The position numbers were made by a program, and so were the translations under genes. Of a DNA stretch of 64,000 nt, positions 52,283 through 64,000 are shown in pieces. The notes under the pieces are model-generated. The model ran no database searches. It saw only the letters and a program-made list of their open reading frames with translations, and had not been told where the DNA came from. This stretch comes from Octopus sinensis (lineage: Eukaryota), in NCBI RefSeq assembly GCF_006345805.1, contig NC_043001.1, positions 53,878,001 through 53,942,000 of the forward strand, written 5' to 3'. Within the stretch, counting starts at the first letter, position 1. The number at the start of each line of letters is the position of its first letter.

Positions 52283-55079
52283 CTGTGTGTGTGACCAAAT
52301 AGTGTGCATGTGTATAGTGTAAGTGGGCGAAAGTTATCTTTGTCTATTCATGTGGCGAGTGTGTGTATATATTGTCTGTGCTTAGGTATTATGTGTGGGT
52401 GTAAGAGTGTGCATAATTGCGTGTGATATGTGTACTGAGTTAAACAGTGTGTGTGGCTGCTTTATAATGGCATGTGTGCTGATGCTATTGAATATTGAGT
52501 GTGGCTATGTGATGTGGGTGCTGAGAAGTATTCGGTGCCAGTGTGTGTGGAGTGTTTGTGGGTGTGTGTGTGTAATGGTGTGTGAAGTGAGTAATGAGTT
52601 CAACAGTGTGTATGGGTGTTAGTATAGTTTTGTGTGTGTGTGTGTAGTGAGTGTACCGAGGCAGGCGGTATGCAGGTGTGTAGATGGAAGAGGGGCAGTT
52701 GAATGTGGAAGGTGCGTAGGACTATATATGTGTGTGTGTACACACTTATTTATAAGTGTAAAGTGGAAATATATACTTACATAGATTTCTACCTCATGTG
52801 TGCTATTTTCGAGACATTACATATAGGATTTCAGATTACAATAATTTATGATGTGCGGTTTATTTTATCCTGGTATATTTGTAATTTTCGATATGCATTT
52901 TTTGCCTTTAACAAGTTTTCCCCGCTAGAAATCGGAAGAAATCGGTGATGAATGTTTTCAAAAACAATTAAAAGGTAACATCACTTTCGAATAACTTCTG
53001 TATTTTTCTTATGTAATACCGGATAAAATTTCTGCAAATGACAATTATTTGAGTATCGGAACCGAGAAATGCATACGTAAAGTTAAACTCAAAATAGATT
53101 GATATGGCTCTGCGTCGGAAATACTTCTATTATTAAGCAAAAGAAAAAATGGGTAGACTACTATGAACGTGCAGTCGTTGTATAGCCTATAGAACTGGTA
53201 CTGTTTTTAACACTCAGACGTTCACTGAGTTTCTGAATACTGTATCTGAAATTTTCACTAAATGCCAGCATTTTGAGAAGTTGCAATCATCGAACTGGAG
53301 AACACTATCCTCTCCAGATTAGGCATATCGTCACACAGACTTTTTCTGTCGAATTAAATATTACCATTGTTAAATACCATCCTACCGGACCAAAGACACA
53401 TTTCTCTTTTTCATCTTCATTGTATTTTCATGTCTCGTTTCTTCTCCTCGTTTAATTTTCTTCTTGTTTCTAGCCTTTTTTCTCTGAGAGCATCTATGTT
53501 GTGTTTTGAGCTTGAAAGATTTCACTATAGTTCACCCACATGAAACTTTTCGAAGCTCACATTTAAATTTGTTTATATTAGTATACATCTGTATATTTAT
53601 CTATCTACCAACCTATCGATATGTGTGTGCGTTTATATGTATGTATGAGTATGCCAGAATTACATTGCTTTATACTAAGAGAAAGGAATGGCTTAAAATC
53701 ATGTTTAGGTTTTCCCAAAATGCAATAGGTACAGTAAGAAAATGAACCCGTATGACAGGCTTTGGAGAAAATGAATTTTCCCATTTTGTTTTCTTTATTA
53801 ATCATAAATTTGGCGGAGGGTTGTTACCCCTCCGAGCACAAATAGGGAATGTAAGCTTTGGTAACAGTAATGCTTTTTCTTGATCTTCAACATATTTATT
53901 TCCCATCTACATAAGCAGAAAGCTATTACCAGTCTAAACCAGATTGGGAACATTAGTCAGAAACTCCCCTATAGATTTAGAATGATTTTTTACCAAATAT
54001 AGACCGATAATACTAGTCGTCAACTTTGTTATGTGTCATTCTCTAACGAGAAATTGATTCAATCATATTCAACAAAAACTAATTGTGGATGAAGTTCAAG
54101 ATCGATTTTACTTTGTAAACCTTATCAACTGAATTTTTTGTTTTATTGTAGATACACATAATGTTTATATAAAACGTTCCTATTAAATGAGTGTATAAAT
54201 AAACCTTATGCGAAACAATCATACTCTGATAAACAGCCTGAGTGAGGGAATGAGTGATTAAGTGACATAAACTATTTGTCACCAATGTTAAGTAGAGGAA
54301 ATACTCTCTTTATAAAATTGTATCAGTGACACATTGATTGATAGCATATATGAACATATGAAACTATTAGTCATTGATACTTGTCTATAACTAAAAACGT
54401 ATCTTAATGTTATTGGAGTCAAAGACATTAAAGGATATGTAATTAATCAACAAAAGAATATTACAGTCTGTTAAATTACTCGTGTAATCATTTCGAAACA
54501 AAACCTTAAATGAATCATATATTCTAAAATACTTAAATGCCCAGACTATGTAATGTGTTTAAAATGGGCGAGTGATATATAGATATAAAATATACTGATC
54601 AATTAGATATTTGAACTGCTTAAAGATGTCATTGCAATGATCTATTATATAAATGTCTATTTTACGACGATCACCATGTTAAATCATATTCGGATTTGCA
54701 CGGTAGAGAATGGTGAGATAGAATATCGGATATTCTTGTCCATTGTAGTCTTAGTTCTATTCTTAATTATATCAACTTACCATATATTTGTATGTCACAT
54801 GTCCATACTGTATTGACTGAAGCAAAAGAAGAAGAATCTACAAACTAACACACTTTCATGGAACAATACGCTAGAAACACAATCTTAAAACAGTAAGATA
54901 AACCAACTGGTCTTCATCGCTCTTTCCTTATTTTTTAATATACTCGAGCCTGTAAAAACATCAGGATCACAGAAATCAACTGAGCATTTATACAGAGATG
55001 GAAATATTTGGCAAACCTCACTTTTTACTCTTTTATTTAAGTACAAGTTTCAGAACACCGCAAAGTATTCCTATCTACT

Positions 55080-55280
55080 ATACAAGCATGGCCTGAAATT
55101 TCGGGCAAGTGTATGAGTCGAGTACATTGACCTCAATGCTCAGCTGGTACCTACTTTATGGACACGAAGGGATGAAAAGGAGAGTCGACCTCAGCGGAAT
55201 TTGAACCCAGATCGTGAAAACAGACAAAATGCCGTGAAACGTTTTGCCCGGCTTGCTAGCGATTCTGGCAGCCTGCCACT
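55080..55280 (-). mobile_element. Family-A SINE
   Basis: Reverse complement of head and body (gatgaaaaggagagtcgacctcagcggaatttgaacccag..gcgattctggcagcctgcc). Confidence 0.8.
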
Positions 55281-56782
55281 TTAACATAGCGAAATATTAG
55301 TAAGACAAACTTTTAACTAAGAGATCGATACTGATATTGTTTCCAAGATGGAAATTGAAGTCATATAAATTGTTCATTTTTGTAATTGTTACGTTTCAGT
55401 CAATCTACAACTTCGAAAGATGCAATTGTTTATTTTTTTCACACAATTGTGAAACTGGTTTTCCCAAACGTATGCTTCAAACGTATTTTGAATTTAATTC
55501 ATTAAATCACGTGTTTGTTTATTTACTTAGTTCAAATAACATCCCAGTATACAGTAATACATAGTTAAGAGACAGTAGTATACAGTAATACATTTCAAGA
55601 GGACTTTTAAATTCTTTCTCAGTATCTCATTGCGATGCACTTAAGAAGAAATTATTTATTCCAGAGTCGCAACATTTTCAGTTTCGAAGTTGTTTACACA
55701 GTTTTATATTGGCAAATATCAGACAAGCTTTGTATAAAATTCAAACTAAAAATTCTATAATCAATGTCAGCAGTTTCCATTGAAATTGCTCGGATACTCC
55801 TCAATAGTGATTTCCGGTTAAACGAGACTAAAGTTTAAATGACTCAAGCTTCATTTACAGATAAAAGTTAGAAAACAATAACTGTTCGACGTTCGTAAAA
55901 GGTCATACAAATAGTCCAAGTAGTGAAATATGTGTTGTACGGAAAGGTTAGAAAACGAGTCCAAGGTTTTGAATATTTTCCTTAAATTGAAGTGGGAACA
56001 AAAGTAAATGCTGTAATGCTAGGCCTAAACATTGTGAGATATTCAAAGAATTAAAGAAATAATGTAATAACCTAGAAGGAGTAGCATGGATAACATGGAG
56101 CGTTTCGCGATGTGGAAGAAAAGTATATGGAAGGCGTGGTCGATGTTGTTGCATGATACCTACCGCATGCAAGAATGGTGCGCCATATAGATTAATAGAT
56201 GACCAGTGAACGACTGACATAACATGTACACAATGACCCTGCCACATGCACGCATACAAACCCCACGACAGAAAAATTCTGAGAAGAAAAGAACAAGCAA
56301 TAGTGATCAGATCAATGAAATTATAAAACCTTGTAAGAGGAAAGTATATTTAAAGAATTGGTAGGCTGTGGGAAGAATTGTAAAGCATATTAAGACTTTT
56401 AAGGACAACTCGTACGAAGAATGAACGCAAAGGAACCTATGTATAAATATATTCTACAGTAAAGACTTCTTATAATTTGTTTCGATTTCTATATTGACAA
56501 AGGAATATTATACATCATATAGAATGTTGTATAATACAGGTTATATATTTCATATATTTTGTATATTATGTTAACAAAACTTCTTTTTAGCACGCTGAGA
56601 TAAATCGATAAGAGTTCCAGTGAAAAAAGTATAGAATTTCAGCGTGAATTGACTTTGGAGTTTTCCCTACAACGTTATCTGATATCCCTCAAGGGATCTA
56701 CAGACACTTGACTAGGTAATGCCCTTCACAGGTATCTCCTGGATTTGAACTGAAACCTGGGGATGCTGTGAATGGTTCTTAC

Positions 56783-56832
56783 CTGGTTAGGATTACGTCG
56801 AAACTGTTTATCTTTGCAATAACCCAAATATT
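56783..56832 (-). other. Candidate 50-nt exon ((E)YLGYCKDKQFRRNPNQ)
   Basis: Acceptor ttctttcacttcaacag|, donor cag|gtaaga; no homology recognised. Confidence 0.25.
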
Positions 56833-56963
56833 CTGTTGAAGTGAAAGAATAATCCGGATTGCTGAATTACAAATTGTTGGAATACATACCATTGCAAGAA
56901 ATAAAAGTCAAACCGTCTCACTAACCACAGCAGCACTATCTTAATGATTGGCAAGATAAGTTT

Positions 56964-57074
<111 letters not shown>

Positions 57075-57400
57075 CAACTTAGAGGTTCGGAAAAACTAAC
57101 CGAAAGATTAAGTACTGGGCTTAAAAAGTTCTATGGTCGATTTGTCCAATTAAACCCTTCGTTATGGCCGCAGTCAAGTAACTTTTTTCTTGTACAAGTT
57201 TCAATCGTTTGACTGCGGCCATACTGGAGCACTGCCTTGAAGGGTTTTATCCTAGCAAATCGTCCACAGGATATTTTAAATCCCAGTGCTTAATCTATTG
57301 CTCACTTTTCCTGAGCCTCTAAGTTACGGAGACATTAATACATCAACAGCAGTTGGCAAGCGGTGATGTGGTGACAATCACAAACAAAAAGACACACCTC
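57075..57400. mobile_element. Tail-to-tail pair of family-B SINE 3' parts
   Basis: Perfect 15-bp inverted repeat tatggccgcagtcaa (57163-57177) / ttgactgcggccata (57209-57223) with further SINE motifs on each side. Confidence 0.75.
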
Positions 57401-57473
57401 ACACACAGACATATACATGTATATATATATATATCCATACATATATGCATACATATACATAGATATGCATACG

Positions 57474-57506
<33 letters not shown>

Positions 57507-58198
57507 TTATATGCATACATATATACATACACTCATACATACATACATAAATACATACATACATGCATACATACATACACACATACATACATGGTTCAAT
57601 TTGCGTTTCTTACGGTGTTACATATTGGGTTGTAGTAATGCATCATTTATTATCTGCCAATATAAAAAGTGCTTCATAAAATTGACAGCATTTGAATGGA
57701 TCCTTTTTTGTGTAAGCAAGACTGTTGGAAATATCTCTTAGCTGAGCGAATTACTGCGTTTATAACTTATAGAACACATCGATTACATCTTACATACAGA
57801 ATTCAATTTCAGATAGCGGAAAGTACGTACATGACTGCTGATTGAATATGAACCAAGAAGAGAATGTGAACGCCCAGGCGATGTTATATTTTCACCACAA
57901 AAATATCGAACTATATCACTTGCTACCACTTTCTTCAGGTTATTTCTATACGATGCAGCCAGGCGTAAAGTTATTTTCTGTTGGGAATATAGTGGCAGCC
58001 CTTCATTAATCGAGATATTTATTTAAGTGTGGAACATTTTTATGTTGTATCCAGAAATTGTATTTCGTCGTTGTGTCCCTACTCATGACGTCTCATTTCG
58101 ATTTGTACTAGGTTGTGCTGTTGTAAGTATCAGCAGCAACAGCTTAAAGCATAGGCATGAGTCTGACTGATGCAGTGTTCAGAAAAAAGAAATTATTT

Positions 58199-58251
<53 letters not shown>

Positions 58252-58559
58252 AAAAGCTTTCGGTGACTGGATAAGCTCCTCATTTATAAGCCTGTATTTG
58301 TCATAACTTGAACTGCATTTTTCAAAATGTGCGTAGAGGCACAGTGTGACAATGTGATAAAGACAATTTCTTCCCATACGCATGGTCTTATATTCAGCCC
58401 CACTACGTTGCGCTTTGAGCAGGAGTCTTTCACTATACTTTTGTTTCCACCAAAGGTTTGTAGAACTGGTAGAGAGAAAGTGGAAGCGTCCCATCGTATG
58501 TGTGTGTGTGTATTTATGTGGTGTATGTATATTTATAACAATTTATGTGTGTGTGCGTC

Positions 58560-58745
58560 TCATGTCTTTGCGTACGTGTTTGTCTTCTAGCCTCAGTTGA
58601 CAACCAGATTTGGTGTTTATGTCCCCGTAACTCAGCGGTTCAGTTGAAGAGAATAGGCATCTGTTTAAAACATAAGTACGGGGTGAGCGGGGATTTCATT
58701 GACTCAAACATGCTAGGTGGTGTACCATCTTGACCGCGGTCCCAT
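58560..58745 (+). mobile_element. 3' part of a family-B SINE
   Basis: ttgacaaccagatttggtgtttatgtccccgtaactcagcggttc.. Confidence 0.7.
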
Positions 58746-59754
58746 AACAAAAACAAGAATAAAATCACTATATATCTATATTTCAAAGATGTGAGTGTAA
58801 CATTTTGCATTGAACACTATACAAGTGTTCCCGAGTTTCTAGGTGCCATCCTAAGGGAGCTACGGGCCCTTTTTTGCACATGTTGCACATACCACCGTTC
58901 CCAAATAAATTACCTGTCTAAGGGTAATAATTAAATGTAAGTTGCACTTTAATAGCATTATTATATTCTGTTCATTGGTTTTGTATTTTTATCTGTAGAA
59001 AAGTTTTTGTATTTTTGTCTTTTTTATTTTCGCGGCCTACCTTCAGAATAGAAACCGTAACTTAGATTTCACTCCATGTTTTCCTTATGTGAGTGGTCTG
59101 TTCATGCCATAGTGAGAGATCAGCAGCTATAGTGACAGGTTGTAGGTGTGTATGTGTGCGTTTTACCACGTGTGTGTAGATGGAATTGTCAGAATTGTCA
59201 GTTGGGGCAGTTTGAAGGGTGTCTGAGAGGCAATCTGAAGCTGTCTTAAGGATGTGGATGTCTTTATGTGTATTGGCATTTGAATGTAGACGGAGTGGGA
59301 ATGTGTGTATATGTGTGGGAACATGTGTGTGGGTGCGCGTGTGTCTCACTCTCCCTATGGCACTTTGCCTCTCTGTCTTTGTATATGTACATGTGTGTGG
59401 GTTCGTGTGTGCGTGTGTGTATGTGTGTGTATGTTCGTATGAGTATGTAGAATGTATGTACGTGTGTGTATGCTTGTGTGTGCAGGTATGTTTGTGTGTG
59501 TTGTGTGTATGGAGGGTCGTGTGCGTGGAGGGTTGTGTATGGAGGTTTATGTGCATTCGTGTGTGTCTGCATGTGTGTGCACGCGTATGGGTGTGTGTAT
59601 ATTTCGATCTCTGTGTGTCATTCTGTAGCTCTCACTCCCTCTCTCTCTTTCTGTATAAATGCCTGTGTACCTATCTCTGTGTGTCACTCTGTTGCGTGTG
59701 TGTGTGTAAGTGTATATACGTGTATATATATATATATACATTATTTACATTATT

Positions 59755-59782
59755 TAATAATAATAATAATAATAATAATAAC

Positions 59783-59818
<36 letters not shown>

Positions 59819-59916
59819 GTGAACTTCCAACGTGAACTTCCAACCTGTTGTCTCTTGAGGTCTCTGGGTGAGACTTGGAGCCAACTTGTACAGACATAAA
59901 GCAAAAGTCAAACATA

Positions 59917-59958
<42 letters not shown>

Positions 59959-59975
59959 TGATGATGATGATGATG

Positions 59976-60036
<61 letters not shown>
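59755..60036. repeat. (AAT)n array split by a ~100-bp insert (59818-59918)
   Basis: Direct reading; insert starts with tandem cgtgaacttccaa x2. Confidence 0.9.
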
Positions 60037-60037
<1 letters not shown>

Positions 60038-60210
60038 TCAAAAAATACCTTAGAAATGAGAACCCAGGTTCCAAATTTCCCCAAGACACCCCTGAAGGCT
60101 GGAGAGTATATCATCCGAAATGATGTGTTAATAAAAAACAGGATGAGGACAAATATATGTCAAATGTAAATAATGTACATAATTCCTCATCTCTGAAATA
60201 TAGAACTGTA
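60037..60210 (+). mobile_element. Short repeat attached to (AAT)n containing a decayed hammerhead-like motif (60086-60128)
   Basis: ACAC-ccCUGA-AGGCUG gagaguauau CAUCC-GAAAU-GAU/GUGU: stem I ACAC:GUGU and stem II remain, core degraded. Confidence 0.45.
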
Positions 60211-61047
60211 TTTCTGTAATTATATTGAAAGAGCACCTAAGGCTTTTTACTTCGCCACATTTCTAAATTTGTTATAATAACCAGAATAACATTTTTTTCA
60301 GATATGTTTTCGAATGTTCTGAGTGCTGTCAAATCAGCCAAATTTCATATTGGTTATAAAAGCCAGAATAACATTTCGGCACAAAAGTAGTGATATTATT
60401 TAATGCCGTTTAAACCGCAACTCTCCATGATGAAGAGGAAAATTCAGACAGTGGTACTTCAAAGTGAACGCTGTTTCGTTCAACGTCCAGGCTGCAACTA
60501 AGCTAAACTCTTTCAAAATCGGCGTGTTTCACTGTCGGGTGATACAGTCACATACATATACAAAGGCAAACACACACTGATATACATTCACGCACACCTC
60601 AAGCCCTTCTCTGTCTTTCTCTGCGTCTGTCTCTATTTTTAAAAGTGTGTATGTGTGTGTGAGTGTGTGTGTGTGTGGATGTAGATGTGTGTGTGTCAGT
60701 TTCACACAAATGTATGCATACTGACAGACACATGCGCCGTCACACATATACTTCTCAGTCATCGGCCTAACATGTGTAACGAACGCGCAAACACACACAC
60801 ACTGAAGACACATACATACTGATATAGAAAATGTGACGTCGCTGTCGTCATGGTATAAAATTTGTGAAAGCATGCTTGAAATCTGTTTTATGGAAGCATG
60901 TCAAAGTGTTAAAGCATTCTACAAATATGCATGACTGCACATGTGCATGGCGATCATCTTTCGGAACAATTTGCCCCTTACAATTTTGCAACTTGGAGAA
61001 AGAAGGCTAGATCATGAAGGTGACTGAAATCCATAAAAAAGCTGCAC

Positions 61048-61460
61048 CTTGTTCAGCTCGGTTGAGGAACTTATTGAAAAGTTTTTCCAAGTATAATTAG
61101 AGATTACATAAATGCTGCTTGGTGGTGCGCAAGAGCAACCATGGCACCAAAGAACATTACTGCAAATAATTTAAATGAAAGTTTCCAGAAACTTTTGCCA
61201 GGAAACTAAGATAATAACAAATCTATAGATTTTGTTGTGGATGAATAGGAAGCAGTCAAATACCCGGCTGAGTTCTTAAACTCATTGGGGGCACAAGGAG
61301 CTCCTCCACATTGTCTTCCAGTGAAAATAGGCGCTCCAATCATGCTTCTGCACAAACTTATTCAACCAATGGTACAAGACATGTTGTCTAGAAATTACTG
61401 GCTATGGAAAAGGTGAAGATGTTATTTCTCGCTTACCTTTAATACCTTTCAATATACCTG
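61048..61460 (+). mobile_element. Helitron Pif1-like helicase C-terminal relic
   Basis: [87 protein letters not shown]. Confidence 0.9.
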
Positions 61461-61964
61461 AAACATAAGTAAGTTTTTTGCATGGGGTCCACAAACTAAA
61501 ATTTGCAGAATGATTAATAATATTGACGTCATACTATATTCGTCAAAGAAAAGCTATTTGTATTTTTTTTTTTTTTTGTTGTATTACTTATTTCCATAAA
61601 TTATAGTACCTATGTTTCTAATTTTCCCCGAACTATTATTTACTTGTCTTGTACTACATATAAGTCACAGTCTGTATGATGTTTGCTTCATTTATAGACT
61701 GAAGTACTAGAGATCAAAAGTTTATATGGACCCACAATAATATTGGCCTGAAGGAAACGGCTCTATCATCTATAAGAAACTTAACCACCATTTCTTATAT
61801 AAGTTCGGGACAATCTCAGTGAATAACTTTCAATATTCATAGTACAACTTTGGCAACTTTTTGCAAACCAGTCAATTACGGGTGCTCCTGGTAGTATATA
61901 CATACATATATATATATATTATGTAAGCACATATGTATACATCTACTCACACACAATCACTTTA

Positions 61965-62135
61965 GATAGATAGATAGATAGATAGATAGATACATACATA
62001 CATACATACATGCATGCATGCATGCATGCATACATACATACATACATACATACATACATACATACATACATACATACATACATACATACATACATACATA
62101 CATACATACATACATACATACATACATACATACAT
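61965..62135. repeat. (GATA)n-(CATA)n compound microsatellite
   Basis: Direct reading. Confidence 0.95.
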
Positions 62136-62284
62136 ACGTGCGTGCGTAGACAGACAGATAACAACTAATTATAAATGTATACATAAATATATGTGTGTGT
62201 GTGTGTACTGGATCTCGAAGCATACAAACCTATACATGATAGCATGTAAATATTGGGTTGAAAAACTCTTTTGGAGGGATAGTG

Positions 62285-62352
62285 TTGACGGTTGCCGTGG
62301 AATTCGAGCCTGCATCAACTGTAGACATGACGGGCGTTCTACCATTGGGCCA
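62285..62352 (-). mobile_element. tRNA-like SINE head remnant
   Basis: Minus strand tggcccaatggtagaacgcccg..ggctcgaattcc (A and B boxes); no complete cloverleaf. Confidence 0.5.
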
Positions 62353-64000
62353 AACAAAACCTTCGAATTTCTTCCTCCATTTTAGAAACGTGATTCTTAA
62401 CAAGAATATTACTGTTTTTACCGAGGTTTTCCTGCTGAATTGGAAATCTTATAGAATTCTATATATATGAAGTGGATTTCCTCTCCAGACCTACAAATAT
62501 CCGAAGTATGAGTTGCAGCTCTGATACTCCAAATTAATTGTGGGATATTGTTTAGTTTTTTTTTCTAAATATGGTGTAATATCCTTGAGTCCCTTTATTT
62601 TTATTCACAACACCTTCATGCTTTATATTTTCATCATGCCCAAGCATGCTTTTCGTATGGAACATATGAGATAGAAACTGTTGATACAAATTTTGTGTGT
62701 TAGGGAGACTCACTTTGCACGTTCAGCAATTAAATAAGAACATCGCTATTGACAAAAGTGAACTCCTGTATCAGCTGCAAATGTCATAAATTCTACTTGA
62801 TTATTGGCATTGTAAGTATTTTTAGCGTATATTCTCAAGTCATTCACAAAGAAATTCTGGGGACATTGGTAGGTATAGCAGTAACAAACCCTAGCATTTT
62901 GCCATTGAATTTTAGCAACAGAAATGATAACGTATTTAAAGCCGAAATATTAGCCGAAATTATTTTTGGAACATTTCCTCTGTAATATTTATAAAATCGG
63001 AGATGATTGTTCTGCTCTCTGTTGTAAGTTTAAGGATTGTTACTCAGGTCGTCGTTAGCCTCCCGGTGGCAGCAACTGTGATAGCATGTACATATGCCAC
63101 ATGCAACGACTTCGTTAACCATGAATGGGAAGTAGATTCGAATAATTTTTTTTAACTAGTCAAAGCATAACGAGGTTTCAGAGATTTTATCTTACTTAGG
63201 ACAATACAGCTATGTTTACCAAACGTTGTTAGACACATCTCCATTATCCTTCTACCTGTCGGCTCATCAACCACTATGTTACTGGACTCACACTGATCGT
63301 GGGCAAACTGGTCACAACAGCTTTTACATAAGATTTAATCAAGCAGTGGATTAATATTTTTCGACCAACATAGTGATTTCATTCTCGTCCAAGAGATTTA
63401 TATGGTATATAAAAATCTGGTCTTCCAAATTTCTTTTGTATATACGTATTAATGAATTATATAATTTGCCTACAGCTATGGGGGAGGTTCAGGGCTAATT
63501 TAGTATGTTTTACTGTTGACGTCGATACAGTTTTCTTTCCTAATCGTATTTCGCCTCGAGGCATCCTCGTTGAAAACTCTCTTATCGATCCGGATTTCAA
63601 ACAAGAATCATTAATGTCTCAAGATCTTCCTGAGAGATGTTTTCTAAACGGCAATGTTTTTCGTCTTTTCTATTGAATTTGAAGCAATGTTTCGCGGTTG
63701 ATTTTTAAAGTAATTAACTTTTCCAGAAGACTTTGGCCTGTAGATTCGCCGTAGTTTTGTTATTTTTTGCGTACGACAATTGGTGTTGTGTGGCTTCAAT
63801 TCTGCCATAAATTGTTGATTGTTGATTTTTCCTCCAAGTATTATTTTTCCACTGGGTTACTTCCATTTTGTGACATGATTAGCTCGTGTGCTGCAAGTTT
63901 CTCCTCGGTCTCTTTAAGAGTTATAGAAGCTGTGCACAGGAAGCTATTAATCGTTCAGTAATTAGCATTTTATGATTGTATAGGCTCTGCAGTAATATCA

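Noticed and set aside
53814-53834. GC-rich hairpin cggaggg/ccctccg as a Helitron 3' end
   Set aside because: No CTRR terminus at the expected distance and 7 kb from the helicase relic.
55920-56280. Protein-like frames (IEVGTKVNAV..YLPHARMVRHI), possible transposase
   Set aside because: Could not be matched convincingly to any family.

Overview
AT-rich eukaryotic (animal) genomic DNA that is almost entirely intronic or intergenic. The SINE families and the dense microsatellites resemble those I recall from octopus (coleoid cephalopod) genomes; this is recognition from memory, not a database result. No intact protein-coding gene can be identified: the long ORFs in the track are microsatellite translations or decayed transposon frames. 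The window is a graveyard of mobile elements: several Penelope-like elements (PLE; RT + GIY-YIG), including a head-to-head fold-back pair at ~10.1-12.9 kb; R4/Dong-like, CR1/L2-like and RTE-like LINE relics; a near full-length DD37D (maT-type) Tc1/mariner transposon; mariner, piggyBac and Helitron relics; two MITEs; and many tRNA-derived SINEs. The most interesting signal is a set of type I hammerhead-ribozyme motifs (one near-intact at 8128-8185) attached to PLE-type repeats, together with repeated fold-back (palindromic) fusions of retroelement copies. An unidentified decayed coding segment with an internal 130-bp repeat lies at ~32.6-33.8 kb. A few splice-signal-flanked candidate exons are listed at low confidence.
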